DNA of 64,000 nucleotides from an uncultured Gemmatimonadales bacterium (GCA_963793305.1 CAWBZV010000003.1:480001-544000); one strand, 5' to 3'; positions 1 to 11,338 are shown, counted from the first letter of the stretch. Notes: generated by a model from the letters alone, not told the origin. Numbers and translations are program-made.

Positions 1-1
1 C

Positions 2-139
2 GATCGTTTGCTCGGCCGGCGGTTGGCGCTCGCCGTGGCGTACGGCAAGTGGGGCGAGCCCGGGTACTATCATGTGGCGGCCGTCTTGGATCCTGATGTG
101 ACGACGGCGTCGCATGCGTTCGATAGCGGCGCTCACTGA
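2..139 (+). CDS. 3' end of a CDS entering the window (hypothetical)
   Basis: Open frame ...AVLDPDVTTASHAFDSGAH* whose TGA overlaps the next ATG (TGATG). Confidence 0.4.
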   Translation, partial: DRLLGRRLALAVAYGKWGEPGYYHVAAVLDPDVTTASHAFDSGAH

Positions 140-840
140 TGGATGAACCGATCGATGAGTGGCTGCGTCGGGACCTGATCGAGGAGTTTGGCCCGGAGAA
201 GGAGCCCGTGCCATGGGCGGCCGACAAGGTGTCGCGGACCATGCAGCGCTTGTCCGCGGTCCGGGCAGCCGGTGGCCCACGGCTCGAGGCCGAGGTCTTG
301 TGGGTGCGTGAGGTGACGGCGTTCACGCTGCCGGGGCACTATGTCTACATCTCGCGCCGGCTCCTCGAGCGCTGCGCGAGCGACGAGCCGGTCGCGTTCG
401 CGTTGGCGCACGAGATCGCGCATCACGATCTCGGGCATTTGCACGGGCTCGACTCGTTGGCCGCCGCGATGCCGCGCGAGCTTCCATCATTCGCGCACGG
501 GCGTGCGGCGCTGATGGTGGCCGTCATGTTCATCGAACGGCGCGTGCACGGCCCGGAAAAAGAGATGGCTGCCGACGCCCGGGCGCTGGAGATGTGCGTG
601 GCGGCGGAGTACAACGGCGAGCACTGCCTGCAGTTGTTCGACGTGCTCGAATCGGATGCGCTCGACAAGGGCGATGTCGATGCCGTCTACGGCCTCGAGG
701 ACGCGCTCGATCCCGCGAGCCATGGCGGCGGCGCCATGGGTTGGCTGACCGAGGCGCGCGAGTGGGCGCATGAGCGGCTTCGCGGGTATATCCCGATTCG
801 CGAGCGGAAAGCGCGATTGCGCGAGCAGCTCAGGCGATGA
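139..840 (+). CDS. M48-family zinc metallopeptidase
   Basis: AFTLPG..YISRRLL, ALAHEIAHH (HExxH), E..AD..A motif. Confidence 0.8.
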   Translation: MDEPIDEWLRRDLIEEFGPEKEPVPWAADKVSRTMQRLSAVRAAGGPRLEAEVLWVREVTAFTLPGHYVYISRRLLERCASDEPVAFALAHEIAHHDLGHLHGLDSLAAAMPRELPSFAHGRAALMVAVMFIERRVHGPEKEMAADARALEMCVAAEYNGEHCLQLFDVLESDALDKGDVDAVYGLEDALDPASHGGGAMGWLTEAREWAHERLRGYIPIRERKARLREQLRR

Positions 841-1142
841 GATTCTGGCGATCGCCGGTCGGGTGGGGGTTCGCGGCCTTGTACCTGGTGGCCTTCGTCC
901 TCGTGTACCTGGACTACCTGCGCCGCCGCGGGACGTGGCTCGCGGATCTCGGGCTCGACCTCCTGGCGATCCCGTATGTTCTCGTGGGGCGGGTTCTGAC
1001 GATGAGCGCGACGTTCGAGTTGCACGGGTTCCAACCGTGGGGTCTGGTGCCGGCCGCGCTGTTCTGCGCCTGGTTGGCGTATATGCTCGGGGCCGGACTT
1101 CAGTACGCGTTTGTCAGGGTGCGCCGAGCAACGTCGAAGTAA
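837..1142 (+). CDS. small membrane protein
   Basis: Three hydrophobic segments; ATGA overlap with the upstream gene. Confidence 0.6.
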   Translation: MRFWRSPVGWGFAALYLVAFVLVYLDYLRRRGTWLADLGLDLLAIPYVLVGRVLTMSATFELHGFQPWGLVPAALFCAWLAYMLGAGLQYAFVRVRRATSK

Positions 1143-1277
1143 CGTTTGCTACACGCACAGCCTTGTGCAATCGACAATGCCATAGGCGAGTGTGAGACCC
1201 AGCCGGCGACAGGGCTAGGAAAGTGTCATGGTCCCGTCGAACGTACGTGTCCAGCCATGTCGCCCGGGTCGCCTTAA

Positions 1278-2186
1278 GTGTTGATCGCTGCTTTGATCGG
1301 TAATGTCGCCGATCGTACGAATTTCGCCGGCTCGCTCCGGCGCGAGATCACCGCGCGATTCTGCGCGGATAGCGAGGAGTTGCACTCGCTCGTCGCGACT
1401 GGCGTGGTCGACGCCATCGTGGCTGATCTCGACACGGTCCGCCATGCGAGCCTGTGGCCGAGTGTGCGGGCGATCGTCGACTGGCATCCGACGATTCCGC
1501 TGGTGCTGTGGCTCTCGCTCACCGGCAACGACATGCGCTCGCTCGTGGCGATCGCGAGCGAGATCGCGCTCGACGCGGTGATCATTCGCGAGCTCGATGA
1601 CTGCACGGCCATCATCGCCGGTGCGATCCGGTCGGCGTGTGAGGGGAGTGCGACACAGACCGTGGTGCGGGCGATCGAGCGCCTCGCGCCGCGGTCGGTC
1701 CGTTCGCTCCTCGTCATCGGTGCGCGGCACGCCGAGCGGCCGTTGACGGCGCATGCGTGGGCGGCGAGGGCGGGAGTGTCGCAGCGGACGCTGTTGGCGC
1801 GCGTGCGTGACGCCGGGCTACCTCCGGTGCATCAGCTGATTCGGTGGTTTCGGCTGCTCCATGTCGCGGCGCGGCTCGATATGCCGAAGGCAACGGTGGA
1901 GCGAGTCGTCGAGACAATGCGTTTCACATCGAGTGCGACACTCAGGCATCTGCTCAAGCGGGTGACGGGTCTCTCGCCGGGTCAGCTGCGCGACGCCGGG
2001 GGCTTCGAGTACCTGCTCGGTGTGGTCGAGCTGATGCTGTCGCCGGAGGGCGGCGATACCGCAGCAGATCAGGATTCGCCGCTGGCCGACCTTGGCCGTC
2101 TCGATCAACACCTGCAATCTGCATGGTATGAGTCTCGCGGACCTGACTCGCGCTCATCACGTATGCCGCGAAGAGCGGACCGCTGA
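1278..2186 (+). CDS. AraC-like HTH transcriptional regulator (receiver-like N-terminus)
   Basis: C-terminal AGVSQRTL...LRHLLKRVTGLSP double-HTH pattern; paralog of 3647 and 4567. Confidence 0.7.
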   Translation: MLIAALIGNVADRTNFAGSLRREITARFCADSEELHSLVATGVVDAIVADLDTVRHASLWPSVRAIVDWHPTIPLVLWLSLTGNDMRSLVAIASEIALDAVIIRELDDCTAIIAGAIRSACEGSATQTVVRAIERLAPRSVRSLLVIGARHAERPLTAHAWAARAGVSQRTLLARVRDAGLPPVHQLIRWFRLLHVAARLDMPKATVERVVETMRFTSSATLRHLLKRVTGLSPGQLRDAGGFEYLLGVVELMLSPEGGDTAADQDSPLADLGRLDQHLQSAWYESRGPDSRSSRMPRRADR

Positions 2187-3271
2187 TCTCATCCGGCACA
2201 CACGGCGTCAGCTGGACCACTCGATCGCCGCGGAAGTTGACGCGCATGCGCATTGGATCGAGGGGCAGTCGGCCGATCCGCTGCCGTACTATCATTTCGC
2301 CGAGATGTGCAGGTGGTATGGGCACTTGGACCTTTGGCGAGAGGCGGTCGACATCGCGCACGGCCTGTCGCACTACACGCCCGAGCAGCTGATCGAACGC
2401 GCGCACGCCAAGCTGCTGCTCGGCGACTGGTCCGGGTGGCGCGATCGTGAGTCACGCTTCTTTCTTGGCGGCACCGGATTGCCGTATCAGCTGCGCTCGA
2501 TACGCGAGCGCTGGGATGGTCGTGAAGATATCGTCGGCAAGTCGCTGCTCATCGTGTCTGATGGCGGGTTTGGCGACTGCATCCGAGATGCTCCGCTTCC
2601 TGCCGTGGATCACGCGCACGGCTCGTCGGGTCACGCTCGCGGTGCAGCCGGAGCTCGTCGAGCTCGCGACCTACAACTTTCCTGATACGAGTATCTGCAC
2701 GATCCAGGACGCGATCGCCACGTCGTACGACCGGTACGTGTCGGTCCTCTCATTACCAGCGATGGTCGGCGCATTGCCGCCATTCGAGGCTTTGCGAGCG
2801 CCGGTGCCCGCTCGCCACGCCGGCATCGGACTCTGTTGGGCAGGGAGCCCGCTCACGCAGATGGAGCTTCGCCAACCGCTGTCGCTCGATGCGTTCTCTC
2901 CGCTGTTGGCACGCGGCGATGTGAGTTGGTACAGCTTGCAGATTGGCCCGCGCGCGGACGAGGTCGTGAGCTATCCGACGGTCACGGTTCCACCGGAGCC
3001 GCTGTCCACGTTCGCCGAGACGGCGAACCTGATCGCGGGGCTGGACGCCGTGGTGACGGTCGACACGTCGGTGGCACACCTGGCAGGGTGTCTGGGCGTG
3101 CCGACCTTCTTGTTGCTGCATGTCGTCGCCGACCCACGATGGGGGCTTGCTGACGCGACGCCATGGTACCCCTCGATGCGCTTGATTCGGCAGCGGAGGC
3201 CGGGGGACTGGACTGGTGTGATCGACGAGCTCGCGGAGCGCATCGCGGTCACCATCCCGCGTGTGGCGTAG
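2128..3271 (+). CDS. TPR/GT9-like glycosyltransferase paralog 1 (frameshift at about 2584)
   Basis: AKLLLGDWSGWRDRE, WDGREDI..K, DGGFGDCI-EMLRF after removing one C, VDTSVAHLAG, TPWYPSMRLIRQ. Confidence 0.75.
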
Positions 3272-3314
3272 TAGAGTCATCGCGCTGTGAGGGTGAATCT
3301 TTCGCGCCCGAGGT

Positions 3315-3608
3315 ATGGGTATGCCACACGACCGATTCGCCGTCACACGGCTCACGCCGGCACAAGGGGTCCGACTCGAGCATCAGGGCAGCCAGCACCT
3401 GCTCGTGAACACCAGGAATGGTGCGCGCTGTGTGCTCAATGCGTTGGGCAAGCGGATCTGGATGCTGCTGGCCGGTCGGCCGACGTTTCCAGCGCTCGTC
3501 GGCGGATTGGGTGGCGCGTACGATCAGCGCCGGGGTGACTTAGTGCGCGACGCCGGGCGTCTGCTGCTCGCGTGGCAAGAGGCCGGCTTGATCACTTGGA
3601 CAAGCTAA
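3315..3608 (+). CDS. PqqD-family RiPP recognition element (stand-alone RRE)
   Basis: LLVNTRNG..VLNALGKRIWMLL...Y.....LVRD...L...GLI pattern, about 95 aa. Confidence 0.7.
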   Translation: MGMPHDRFAVTRLTPAQGVRLEHQGSQHLLVNTRNGARCVLNALGKRIWMLLAGRPTFPALVGGLGGAYDQRRGDLVRDAGRLLLAWQEAGLITWTS

Positions 3609-3646
3609 CGGTGCCATCGACACGGCTGCGATGATGCCCGGCTAGC

Positions 3647-4447
3647 ATGGTGACGGTCGGGGCGCTCGTCCGTGACTACGCAACGCAAGACTCGGTGGCG
3701 CTGCAGCTGGCTCGCGTCGCCAATGTGCAGTTCGTCGACAGCGCCGCGGCTCTCGTTCAGCTGGCGGTCGAGTGTCGCGTCGGCGCGTTAATCACTGAGC
3801 TGACCGACGAGGCGGGTCGTTCGGTGGCGCCGATGGTGGTTGAGCTCTTGGCGCGCGCGCCGTCCTTGCCGATCGTGCTCTACGATATCTTGAATCGCCC
3901 GGCGATCCATCGCCTGACGGAAATTCTCGTGCCGGGGCTTCGGATCGAGTTCGTGTTGCGCGACGCCGAGCCGTTAGGGACGACGATGCGTCGCGCATTG
4001 GCGGCGACGTTGCCGGCCTCGGTCGCCCCGGTCTTGCTCGAGCGCTTCTTGCCATTAGCGCCAACCTCGTTGCACGTCTTTCTCGCGGTCGCCGCGCTCA
4101 AGGCCCCGTCGGGCCGGAGCCTCGAGCACCTTGCGCATTGGAGTGGGATCACGCGTCGCACGCTGGCGCGCCGGCTCGCGGCGGCTGGTTGGCGGCCGCC
4201 GAGCGTGGTGTTGCAGACGTTTCGGGCGCTCGACGCGGTGTGGCTGATGACGGTCGATGGGCGCACGGCGCGGCGCGTGCAGGAGTTGCGCGGTCTCGGG
4301 AGTCCGAGCTCGGTGGGGCGGTTGTTGCGGCGATATCTGGGGATCGCGCCGCTCGAGCTTCGTGATGTGGGGGGATTCCCTGCGGCGCTCGACATCGCGG
4401 CGCATGCCATTACTGGTAACCATGCAAGCGCGCTTCGTCACGGCTAG
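3647..4447 (+). CDS. AraC-like HTH transcriptional regulator
   Basis: SLEHLAHWSGITRRTLARRL...LLRRYLGIAP. Confidence 0.65.
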   Translation: MVTVGALVRDYATQDSVALQLARVANVQFVDSAAALVQLAVECRVGALITELTDEAGRSVAPMVVELLARAPSLPIVLYDILNRPAIHRLTEILVPGLRIEFVLRDAEPLGTTMRRALAATLPASVAPVLLERFLPLAPTSLHVFLAVAALKAPSGRSLEHLAHWSGITRRTLARRLAAAGWRPPSVVLQTFRALDAVWLMTVDGRTARRVQELRGLGSPSSVGRLLRRYLGIAPLELRDVGGFPAALDIAAHAITGNHASALRHG

Positions 4448-4458
4448 CTCTGTCGGCC

Positions 4459-4540
4459 GTCACGCGTCGATCTCGCGTGACTCCGAGGTGCAACTCTGTC
4501 CCAATCGCGCAACTCTGTCCACCACGGCCGATTCCTGTCC
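4459..4540. promoter_or_regulatory. Intergenic hairpin plus direct repeats (candidate regulator sites)
   Basis: Inverted repeat gtcacgcg/cgcgtgac (4459-4481); GCAACTCTGTCC at 4490 and 4509; partial CTGTCC at 4535. Confidence 0.45.
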
Positions 4541-4566
4541 GAAGAGGACGTTGGTAGACTGACGCC

Positions 4567-5652
4567 GTGTCGTCGACCGCGAACGCTCGGGCCGTCCGTC
4601 GTCCGTTGGTGCAGGATGCGTGGGACAGGGCAGCGTCGGACGCGCCGATCTGTGTCGCGGCGCTGATTCGGGGGAGCGCCGAGCGCATGCGCTTCGCGAG
4701 CACGCTGTCGCGCACGATCACCGTGCAGTTCGCCGATACGGCAGCCGAGATCATTGATCAGATCACGAACGGTCGAGTAGACGCGGTCATTGTGGGTCTC
4801 CACAACGAGCGTGGTGAGAGCTTAGCGCCGGCCGCGCAATCGATTCGGCGTCGCTTTCCGTTCGTGACCCTCGTGTTCTATCTGTCGCTCGTGGGGGCCG
4901 ATGTCCACGAGGCGTTGGCGTTGGCCTCCAGCATAGCGCCGAGTGCCGTGATCATCCGGGATATCGACGACCTCACCGCGACCATTACACGGGCCGTTCA
5001 CGGCGCGCGCGAGGCCGGCGCGTCGAGCCATATCGTCGCGATGGTCAACCGCGTCGCGGCACCGGGCCTCACGGACACGCTTTCGTTCATCGCTCGCCAC
5101 GCCACTCAGCCGCTGCATGTGGCAGATGTCGCGCAGTACGCTGGTGTCTCCCATCGGACGCTGTTCAACCAGTTCAGCCGCGCGCGGCTGCCGACGGTGG
5201 CGCGCTGCATCCATTGGCTGCGGATTCTGCACGCGACGGCGCGGCTCGAGTCGCCGCACGCCACGGTCGAACAGGTGGCCGACCGGCTGGGGTTCGCGTC
5301 GAGCTCGACACTCCGGCATTTGATCAAGCGGCTCACGTCGATGACGGCGAGCGAGATCCGGCACGAAGGGGGATTCTGGTACTTGCTGCGGCGTACCGAG
5401 TCAGTGCTCAGCGCCGGGTCATCCCCGCGCAGCGATGAGGGTGCGCGCCCGTTCGGCAACGACGGCGCCCATGATGACGACGCCGCTCACGACGCGCTGC
5501 ATGGCGGGGTCGACGTTGGCGAGGTTGAGGGCATTGTTGAGGGCGCCGATGCACACGGCGCCGACGAGTGTGCCGAGTACGCCGCCGCGGCCGCCAGTCA
5601 GCGCTGTGCCGCCGATGACGACGGCCGCGATGACGTCCAGCTCGTACTGTAG
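4567..5652 (+). CDS. AraC-like HTH transcriptional regulator
   Basis: LHVADVAQYAGVSHRTLF...VEQVADRLGFASSSTLRHLIKR; 3' end overlaps the convergent permease. Confidence 0.75.
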   Translation: MSSTANARAVRRPLVQDAWDRAASDAPICVAALIRGSAERMRFASTLSRTITVQFADTAAEIIDQITNGRVDAVIVGLHNERGESLAPAAQSIRRRFPFVTLVFYLSLVGADVHEALALASSIAPSAVIIRDIDDLTATITRAVHGAREAGASSHIVAMVNRVAAPGLTDTLSFIARHATQPLHVADVAQYAGVSHRTLFNQFSRARLPTVARCIHWLRILHATARLESPHATVEQVADRLGFASSSTLRHLIKRLTSMTASEIRHEGGFWYLLRRTESVLSAGSSPRSDEGARPFGNDGAHDDDAAHDALHGGVDVGEVEGIVEGADAHGADECAEYAAAAASQRCAADDDGRDDVQLVL

Positions 5653-6322
5653 CCCGGCGTTGGGCACGCCGGCGCCGAGCCGCGACGCCATGACGGCGCC
5701 GGCGAGACCGACGAGGGCGCCGTTGGCGAGGTAGACCCAGGCAGTGACGGCGCGCGTCGGCACGCCGGCCAGCCAGGACGCCTGCTCGTTGCCTCCGACT
5801 GCGTAGACCCATCGGCCCCAGGTCGTGCGGGTGAGCACGAACCAGCCAATGGCGACGATGATGAGCATGACGATGATCGGGATCGGGCAGTCCGGCGAGT
5901 TTGGTCTGTCCGAGCCAGCCGAACTGGCGTCGGGAGGTCGCCTATCGATCGTCCGCCGCTAAAGAGGAACGCGAGGCCGCGGCAGATCGTGAGGAGCGCG
6001 AGCGTCACTAGAAACGATGGGATGCGCAGAAACGCGACCGCGGTGGCGGTTATGCCACCGGTTGCGACGCCGACCATGATGGCTGAGGCGATGGCGACGA
6101 GCGTCGCCGCGAGGCCACCCAGTGTCGGCTCGAGGGCGTGCGCCGCCAGCGCAGCCACGACGCCGGCGAGCGCGACGACGGAGCCGACGGACAGGTCGAT
6201 GCCGCCGGTGAGGATGATCGCGGTCATCCCGACGGACATGATGCCGACGATGGCGACCGAAAGTGCGACGTTGACGAGGTTGGCGAGCGAGAAGAACGTC
6301 GACAGCACGTCTAGCCGATCAT
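5419..6322 (-). CDS. Sugar ABC transporter permease (RbsC-like), frameshifted
   Basis: GGIDLSVGS, YAVGGNEQAS, YELDVIAAVVIGGT motifs split over two frames. Confidence 0.85.
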
Positions 6323-7233
6323 GGCGTCGTCGAATCCACCACGGTCATCGGCACGGCGATGACCGAGTCGTAGGGCTGCTTCGCGAAGTACGCCGCGATG
6401 GCGTCGATCGTCTCGGACCCAATGAGCTTGGGCTGCTGCGCGACATCGGCCTTGAGCGGCGTGTGCCCTTTGATCGCGCGCACGGCCTCGCTCGTGGCGT
6501 CGTAGCCGACGATGGTAAAGTTCGCGCCGGTTTTGCCGTGCGAGGTCGCTGAAGAGAGGGCACCGAGCGCGCTCTCGTCGTTGATGGCGAAGATGCCGTC
6601 GAGGGCAGGGTGCGCCTGCAGCAGGTCATCGGCGGCCTTGAGCGCGCGATCCCGCACACCGCCGCCATTGAGCACGCTCACCAGCTGCACGTGGGGATGC
6701 GACTTGGTGAGCGTCTCGCTGAACCCCAGTGCCCGGTCCGCGCCGGACTGGACCTCGGGCTGGCCGATGACGGCCACCGTCCCAGTGTCGTGCAGCGTCT
6801 TCGCCATGAACTCAGCCGCGAGCCGTCCGCCTTCGTAGCTGTTCGACGCGACGTGCGAGACGACGTGCGCGCCGAGTGCGCGAATATCGGACGTGAACAC
6901 GGGGATACCGGCGGCTTGCGCGCGAGCGATGGCGGGTCCAATGCCACGCGAGTCGACGGGGCAGGCAATGATCGCGTCGACGCGCTGCACGATGAAGTTG
7001 TCGATCTCGGCCTGTTGCTTGGCGAGGTCGAAGTCGCCGGAGGTAATAAGCAGCGTGTATCCATGTCGCTGCGCCGCGTCGCGCAGGCCGGCTTCGAGCT
7101 GGCGGTAGAACTCGTGCTCGGTGGTGAGCAGCGTGACGCCGATGCGTTTTCCATTGGCGCCGGCGCCGGCGGTAGACGCACCGGAGCCTGAGCAGGCGGC
7201 CAGCACGAGAAGCACGAGGGGTATACGACGCAT
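6319..7233 (-). CDS. Sugar ABC transporter substrate-binding lipoprotein (RbsB-like)
   Basis: Lipobox LAAC, VDAIIACPVD, GIFAINDESALG, IVGYD. Confidence 0.85.
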   Translation of the reverse strand: MRRIPLVLLVLAACSGSGASTAGAGANGKRIGVTLLTTEHEFYRQLEAGLRDAAQRHGYTLLITSGDFDLAKQQAEIDNFIVQRVDAIIACPVDSRGIGPAIARAQAAGIPVFTSDIRALGAHVVSHVASNSYEGGRLAAEFMAKTLHDTGTVAVIGQPEVQSGADRALGFSETLTKSHPHVQLVSVLNGGGVRDRALKAADDLLQAHPALDGIFAINDESALGALSSATSHGKTGANFTIVGYDATSEAVRAIKGHTPLKADVAQQPKLIGSETIDAIAAYFAKQPYDSVIAVPMTVVDSTTP

Positions 7234-9795
7234 CAAGGCAGCTCCAGCAAATTGACCTCTGACATCGTGCCCGCCGCGGATGGCGACGGTCTTGATCTCC
7301 CACGCGCCGAGCGAGACCGGATGCGACCACTTGAACCGTTCACTCGCGACGGTCGCGCGCGTTGCCTGGCCGGTCGTCTCTTGCAGGCGAACGATGAGCC
7401 GGTCGTCGTCTTCTGCGTGCTTGATGGCGGTCGTCATGACGTTGACGGGCGAGACGCTGAGGAACGACGCCTCCCACGACTCTTTCCCGGATGGCGGGAG
7501 TCGACAACGTACTCGGCCGGGGTTTGCAACTCCAAGGCACGCCGATCAAGGCTCAAGTGACTTGTAGTCGCCGACAGCACGCACTAGCCAGAATGTGCGC
7601 TCCTGGCGGCCTTGGTCCTGCCACGCGTTGTTGTCGTTCGCTGGCACAGTCGCTGGTCGGTGTCGTGCGAAGGGTGACGATCGGATGATGATCGTTCGGA
7701 AGAGCGTCCCGGCCGGCGTGGCGAGGACGTCATAGCTGTACGTCTGCGCGTTACAAATCCCCACCGTCGCCACCGAGGTACCGAGTTTCCCTTGGACAGC
7801 GACATAATCCTGCGCCGGCTCTTCGGTGCCAGCCGTGTTTCGGCTGATGGTGGCGCCCGGCACTTTGGCGAATACCTGCGGGTCAGCAAGCGCGGTGGGG
7901 ATCTCGAGCTTGAGGATCTGCTCGTGCTCGTGCCAGTCGATGACGAATTTAAGCTCGATGGCATCGAGCCCAGCACGCTCGACAATGTCCATATTAATGG
8001 TCGACGTCCGCCAAGTCGCGATTTGGCGCGTTACGCGCACCAGGGACCCGTCCTCGACGACAGTCGTCGTGACCCACGTCGGCCGCCCAATGACATTCCT
8101 GAAGCTCGCCACGTCATGCGACCAGGTATCGCTTCGGTCATCGATGACCACTAGCCCGATCGGCTCGATGAGCAATTCGAGTCCATGAGACGTGACCGGC
8201 AGTGACGTAATACCGAAGCCTCGGTCGTCGATCTTGATGCCGGTGCTGATTGAAGCGCTCGGCGCCGCTGGACCTTCGCCATGGTCGAGCGTAAAGACAC
8301 GGTACCCACATGCCGGTAACTCGACGAGCGCGGACAGTCGGGGAACGAATTGCGTCATACTATCAGCTGGCCGCCACTGGATGGGTATGCGCGTTCCGTC
8401 CTTGGCCGATAGATGTGTGATCGGTGCCGTGCCCGAGGGGTCTCGATCGGTGTGAAGTTCGAGTACCGCCGTTCGACCCCAGGGGAGTGGGTTGTACGCG
8501 AACACGCAGCCTTCTTCGACATTCGATACGTCGACGGCCCGTGCAAGGGTCTGGAGTGCTTCGATACGCGTCGTCTGTGCCACTTCGCACGCATAACCGA
8601 CTGCATCCCGCACGTCCTGGTAGTCCGAATAGAGCGACGTACCCGCCATCATGTCGTGAAATTGGCAGAACAGCACCTTCCACCACGATTCACCGAACTC
8701 GGTCGCCGGATACGGATGCTGCTCCGCCATTTGTGCGAATGCTGCGACCGTCTCCGCCTGGGTCAACCATTGCTCGGCACGCCGGTTTAGCGCTTTCCCC
8801 TCGCCGTGGGCGGAATAGCACCCTCGAGAGTGGTGCTGCAGCTCCGTGCGAACAACTGGAAGGGATGCTGCCGCCGGCGATTGTTCGACTGCGGCAAAGA
8901 ACTCGCTGAGCGTGCTGAATCGGATCTCCGGGAGCGCCGGATTGTTCTTCAGCGCCAGGATGGTGGCAAGGTGCTGTTTAGTTGGGCCACCACCATGATC
9001 GCCAACGCCGAACCAGAACATGGCGTGGTCGAGACCAGGCTGGAAGTAATCTGAGGCTCCTTCGACGATAGTGTCCGTGCGGCCGTCATGTCGCCGCAGG
9101 ATGTCCTTTGGATCACCGTCGTAGGATTCCTTGATGCGCCCGGTGAGCACGCGAGATCCATCGGGTGCTTCCCACCAGAACATCAAAGGAATACCCGGCA
9201 TCTCGTGCGCCTCCGGGCGCATGAAGCAGTAGTAGCGAAGGCCTGCTTTGCTCAGCAGTTGAGGCAGCCCCGCCCCATGGCCAAATGAGTCCGGATTGGC
9301 CCCGACGATGGCGGTCGCCCCGACGTGCTCATGGAAATAGCGCTGTCCGTACAGGGCCTGGCGGGCGAAGCTCTCCGTCGACGGAAGATTGCAATCGGGC
9401 TCGACGATCCAGCCGCCAATGACCTCGAAACGATGCTCGGCAACACGCTGCTTGATGACCGCGAAGAGTCGCGGATCGCTGCGTTCGACCCACCTGTAGT
9501 GGGCAGCGGAGGAGTGCGCGTACCGAAACTCCGGCGTCTCGCTCATGCGATCAGTGACGCTCTGCAGCGTCGCGCACGCCTCATTGGATCCATCGCGCCA
9601 TGGCCAAAGCCAGGCCGCGTCAATGTGCGCGTATCCGATCAGATGCAAGACCTTCGTGTTCCCAGGTTTTCGCGGGACCGATGGCGCGTTCAACAACGCA
9701 GTCCAACCGGGATGCGGAAGCGCGAGCCACGGTGTGAGCGCGAGGCTCGCGCTGAGGAAGTCGCGACGGGGCATGGGCATATAGAGTGTCGACAA
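7233..9795 (-). CDS. GH38 alpha-mannosidase with Tat signal (C-terminal frameshifts)
   Basis: RRDFL signal, AHIDAAWLW, PDSFGH, GVGDHGGGP, QFHDMMAGT, terminal EVNLLE. Confidence 0.9.
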
Positions 9796-9849
9796 GTGTA
9801 GTCACACTGACCCTCTTGTCAACCACTCGTAGTTCTGCCTTATTGGGGC

Positions 9850-10254
9850 ATGCCGCCAGCGCTGAGCGATCGTGAGCTCGACATCATGCGAGCCGTCTGG
9901 GACCTCGGCGCCGCGACCGTGGCGGAGGTACAACGCGCGCTCCGCGGACGACGTGTTCGACTGGCCCGGACGACGGTCGCGACGTTGCTCGATCGCCTCG
10001 AAACTAAGGGGGCGGTGCGACAGATAGAGGGAACTCGCCGTCCGGTGCGTCGATATGAGGCGGTCACGCCGCGCGAGGTGGCCGGGACCAGCGCATTGGC
10101 GCGTCTGGTCGAGACGGTTTTTGGTGGTATGCCCGGATTGGCGATGACGCACTTAGCGGGGGACGCGCGGCTGACGGGCGAGGAGTTATACGCCCTGCGA
10201 CGGATCCTGGATGAGCGACTGACGGCCCAACGTCGGAAGATGAGGCGCCCGTGA
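9850..10254 (+). CDS. BlaI/MecI/CopY-family repressor
   Basis: LSDRELDIMRAVW, TTVATLLDRLETKG. Confidence 0.9.
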   Translation: MPPALSDRELDIMRAVWDLGAATVAEVQRALRGRRVRLARTTVATLLDRLETKGAVRQIEGTRRPVRRYEAVTPREVAGTSALARLVETVFGGMPGLAMTHLAGDARLTGEELYALRRILDERLTAQRRKMRRP

Positions 10255-11337
10255 CGCAGGGTCTCATCGCTTGGGCGTGGTACGCCGCCGCCACGGGTGC
10301 CCTAGTTATAGTCGCGGCCGAGGCGCTCGATCGCGCCGCGCGGCTAGCCAGGCGGCAGACACGATGGGCGTGGCTGTCCGCGATCATCGCGACGATAGGC
10401 GTTCTCGCCTATGGCCCCCATCGTCTCGTTGCTCGCGGTCTCGCGGCTTCCGCCGCCGCCGCGATTCCGCTCAACGCGGTGTTCGTATTGCTCTGGTGCG
10501 GCGCGTCCGTCGCGCTCCTGGTGCGACTGGTCGTTTCGTTCTCGAGGGCGCGTGTGCAGCTTGTGGGTTTTTCGGTGCGCGACCTCGATGGCATTGACGT
10601 TCAGGTCAGCGATGCGATCGGTCCCGCCCTCGTGGGATTGTTCCGTCCGCGCATAGTCGTACCCTGGTGGTTCCTGGCGCTGCCCAAACCCGACCGCGTG
10701 CTCGTGATGCTCCACGAGCGAGAGCATCAGTCGGGCCCGTGATCCATTGGTCGGCGCATTCGGGGAGCTGGCACTCGCGCTCGTGCCTTGGCACGTCGCG
10801 CTCTGGTACGCGGTTCGGCGACTCCGTCGCGCCTTGGAGCTCGACTGCGACGCACGGGTGCTGCGTCGCGAGTCCAACGTCGAACGGTACGGACATCTCC
10901 TGTTGCGATGTGCGCGTTCTGGTGGCCTCGCGGGGTCGTTCACGAGTTGGCTCCGCGGACCAGCTGGCACGCTCGAATTGCGCATTCGTGCCATGACAGC
11001 CCCTCCACCGGCGCGCAGTCTGCAGCCTGCGTGTCTCTACGCCATCACGCTCTGTGCTGCGCTCATGGGGATCAGCACGCTGCATCGTCCCGCACCTCTT
11101 ATCCTCGTCCCGACCGTATCCACGGCGTCGCCGGTTGCCATGAGCGAGATCGATGATGCTGTCCGAGTGGTGGACATCGATCGTGCCGGCGCCGTGACGC
11201 ACCTGACGGGCGAGCCGCTCGATTCGCGCGATGCTGCGGCGCTGGCGAACGTGCGCGGCCCGGCGACGGTTCGATTTATTCCTGATCCCGACCGTCCATC
11301 GCAACTGGTTGCGATCGTCCGATATCAGCGGCATTAG
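10251..11337 (+). CDS. M56-family (BlaR1-like) membrane metallopeptidase, frameshift at about 10735
   Basis: GPALVGLFRPRIVVP, HEREH, ELDCDARVL; follows blaI-like gene. Confidence 0.8.
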
Positions 11338-11338
11338 C

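Noticed and set aside
6319..7437. Apparent mannosidase C-terminus/SBP fusion ORF
   Set aside because: Frameshift artefact: GH38 ends EVNLLELP-TGA overlapping the SBP ATG at 7233, which has its own lipoprotein signal.
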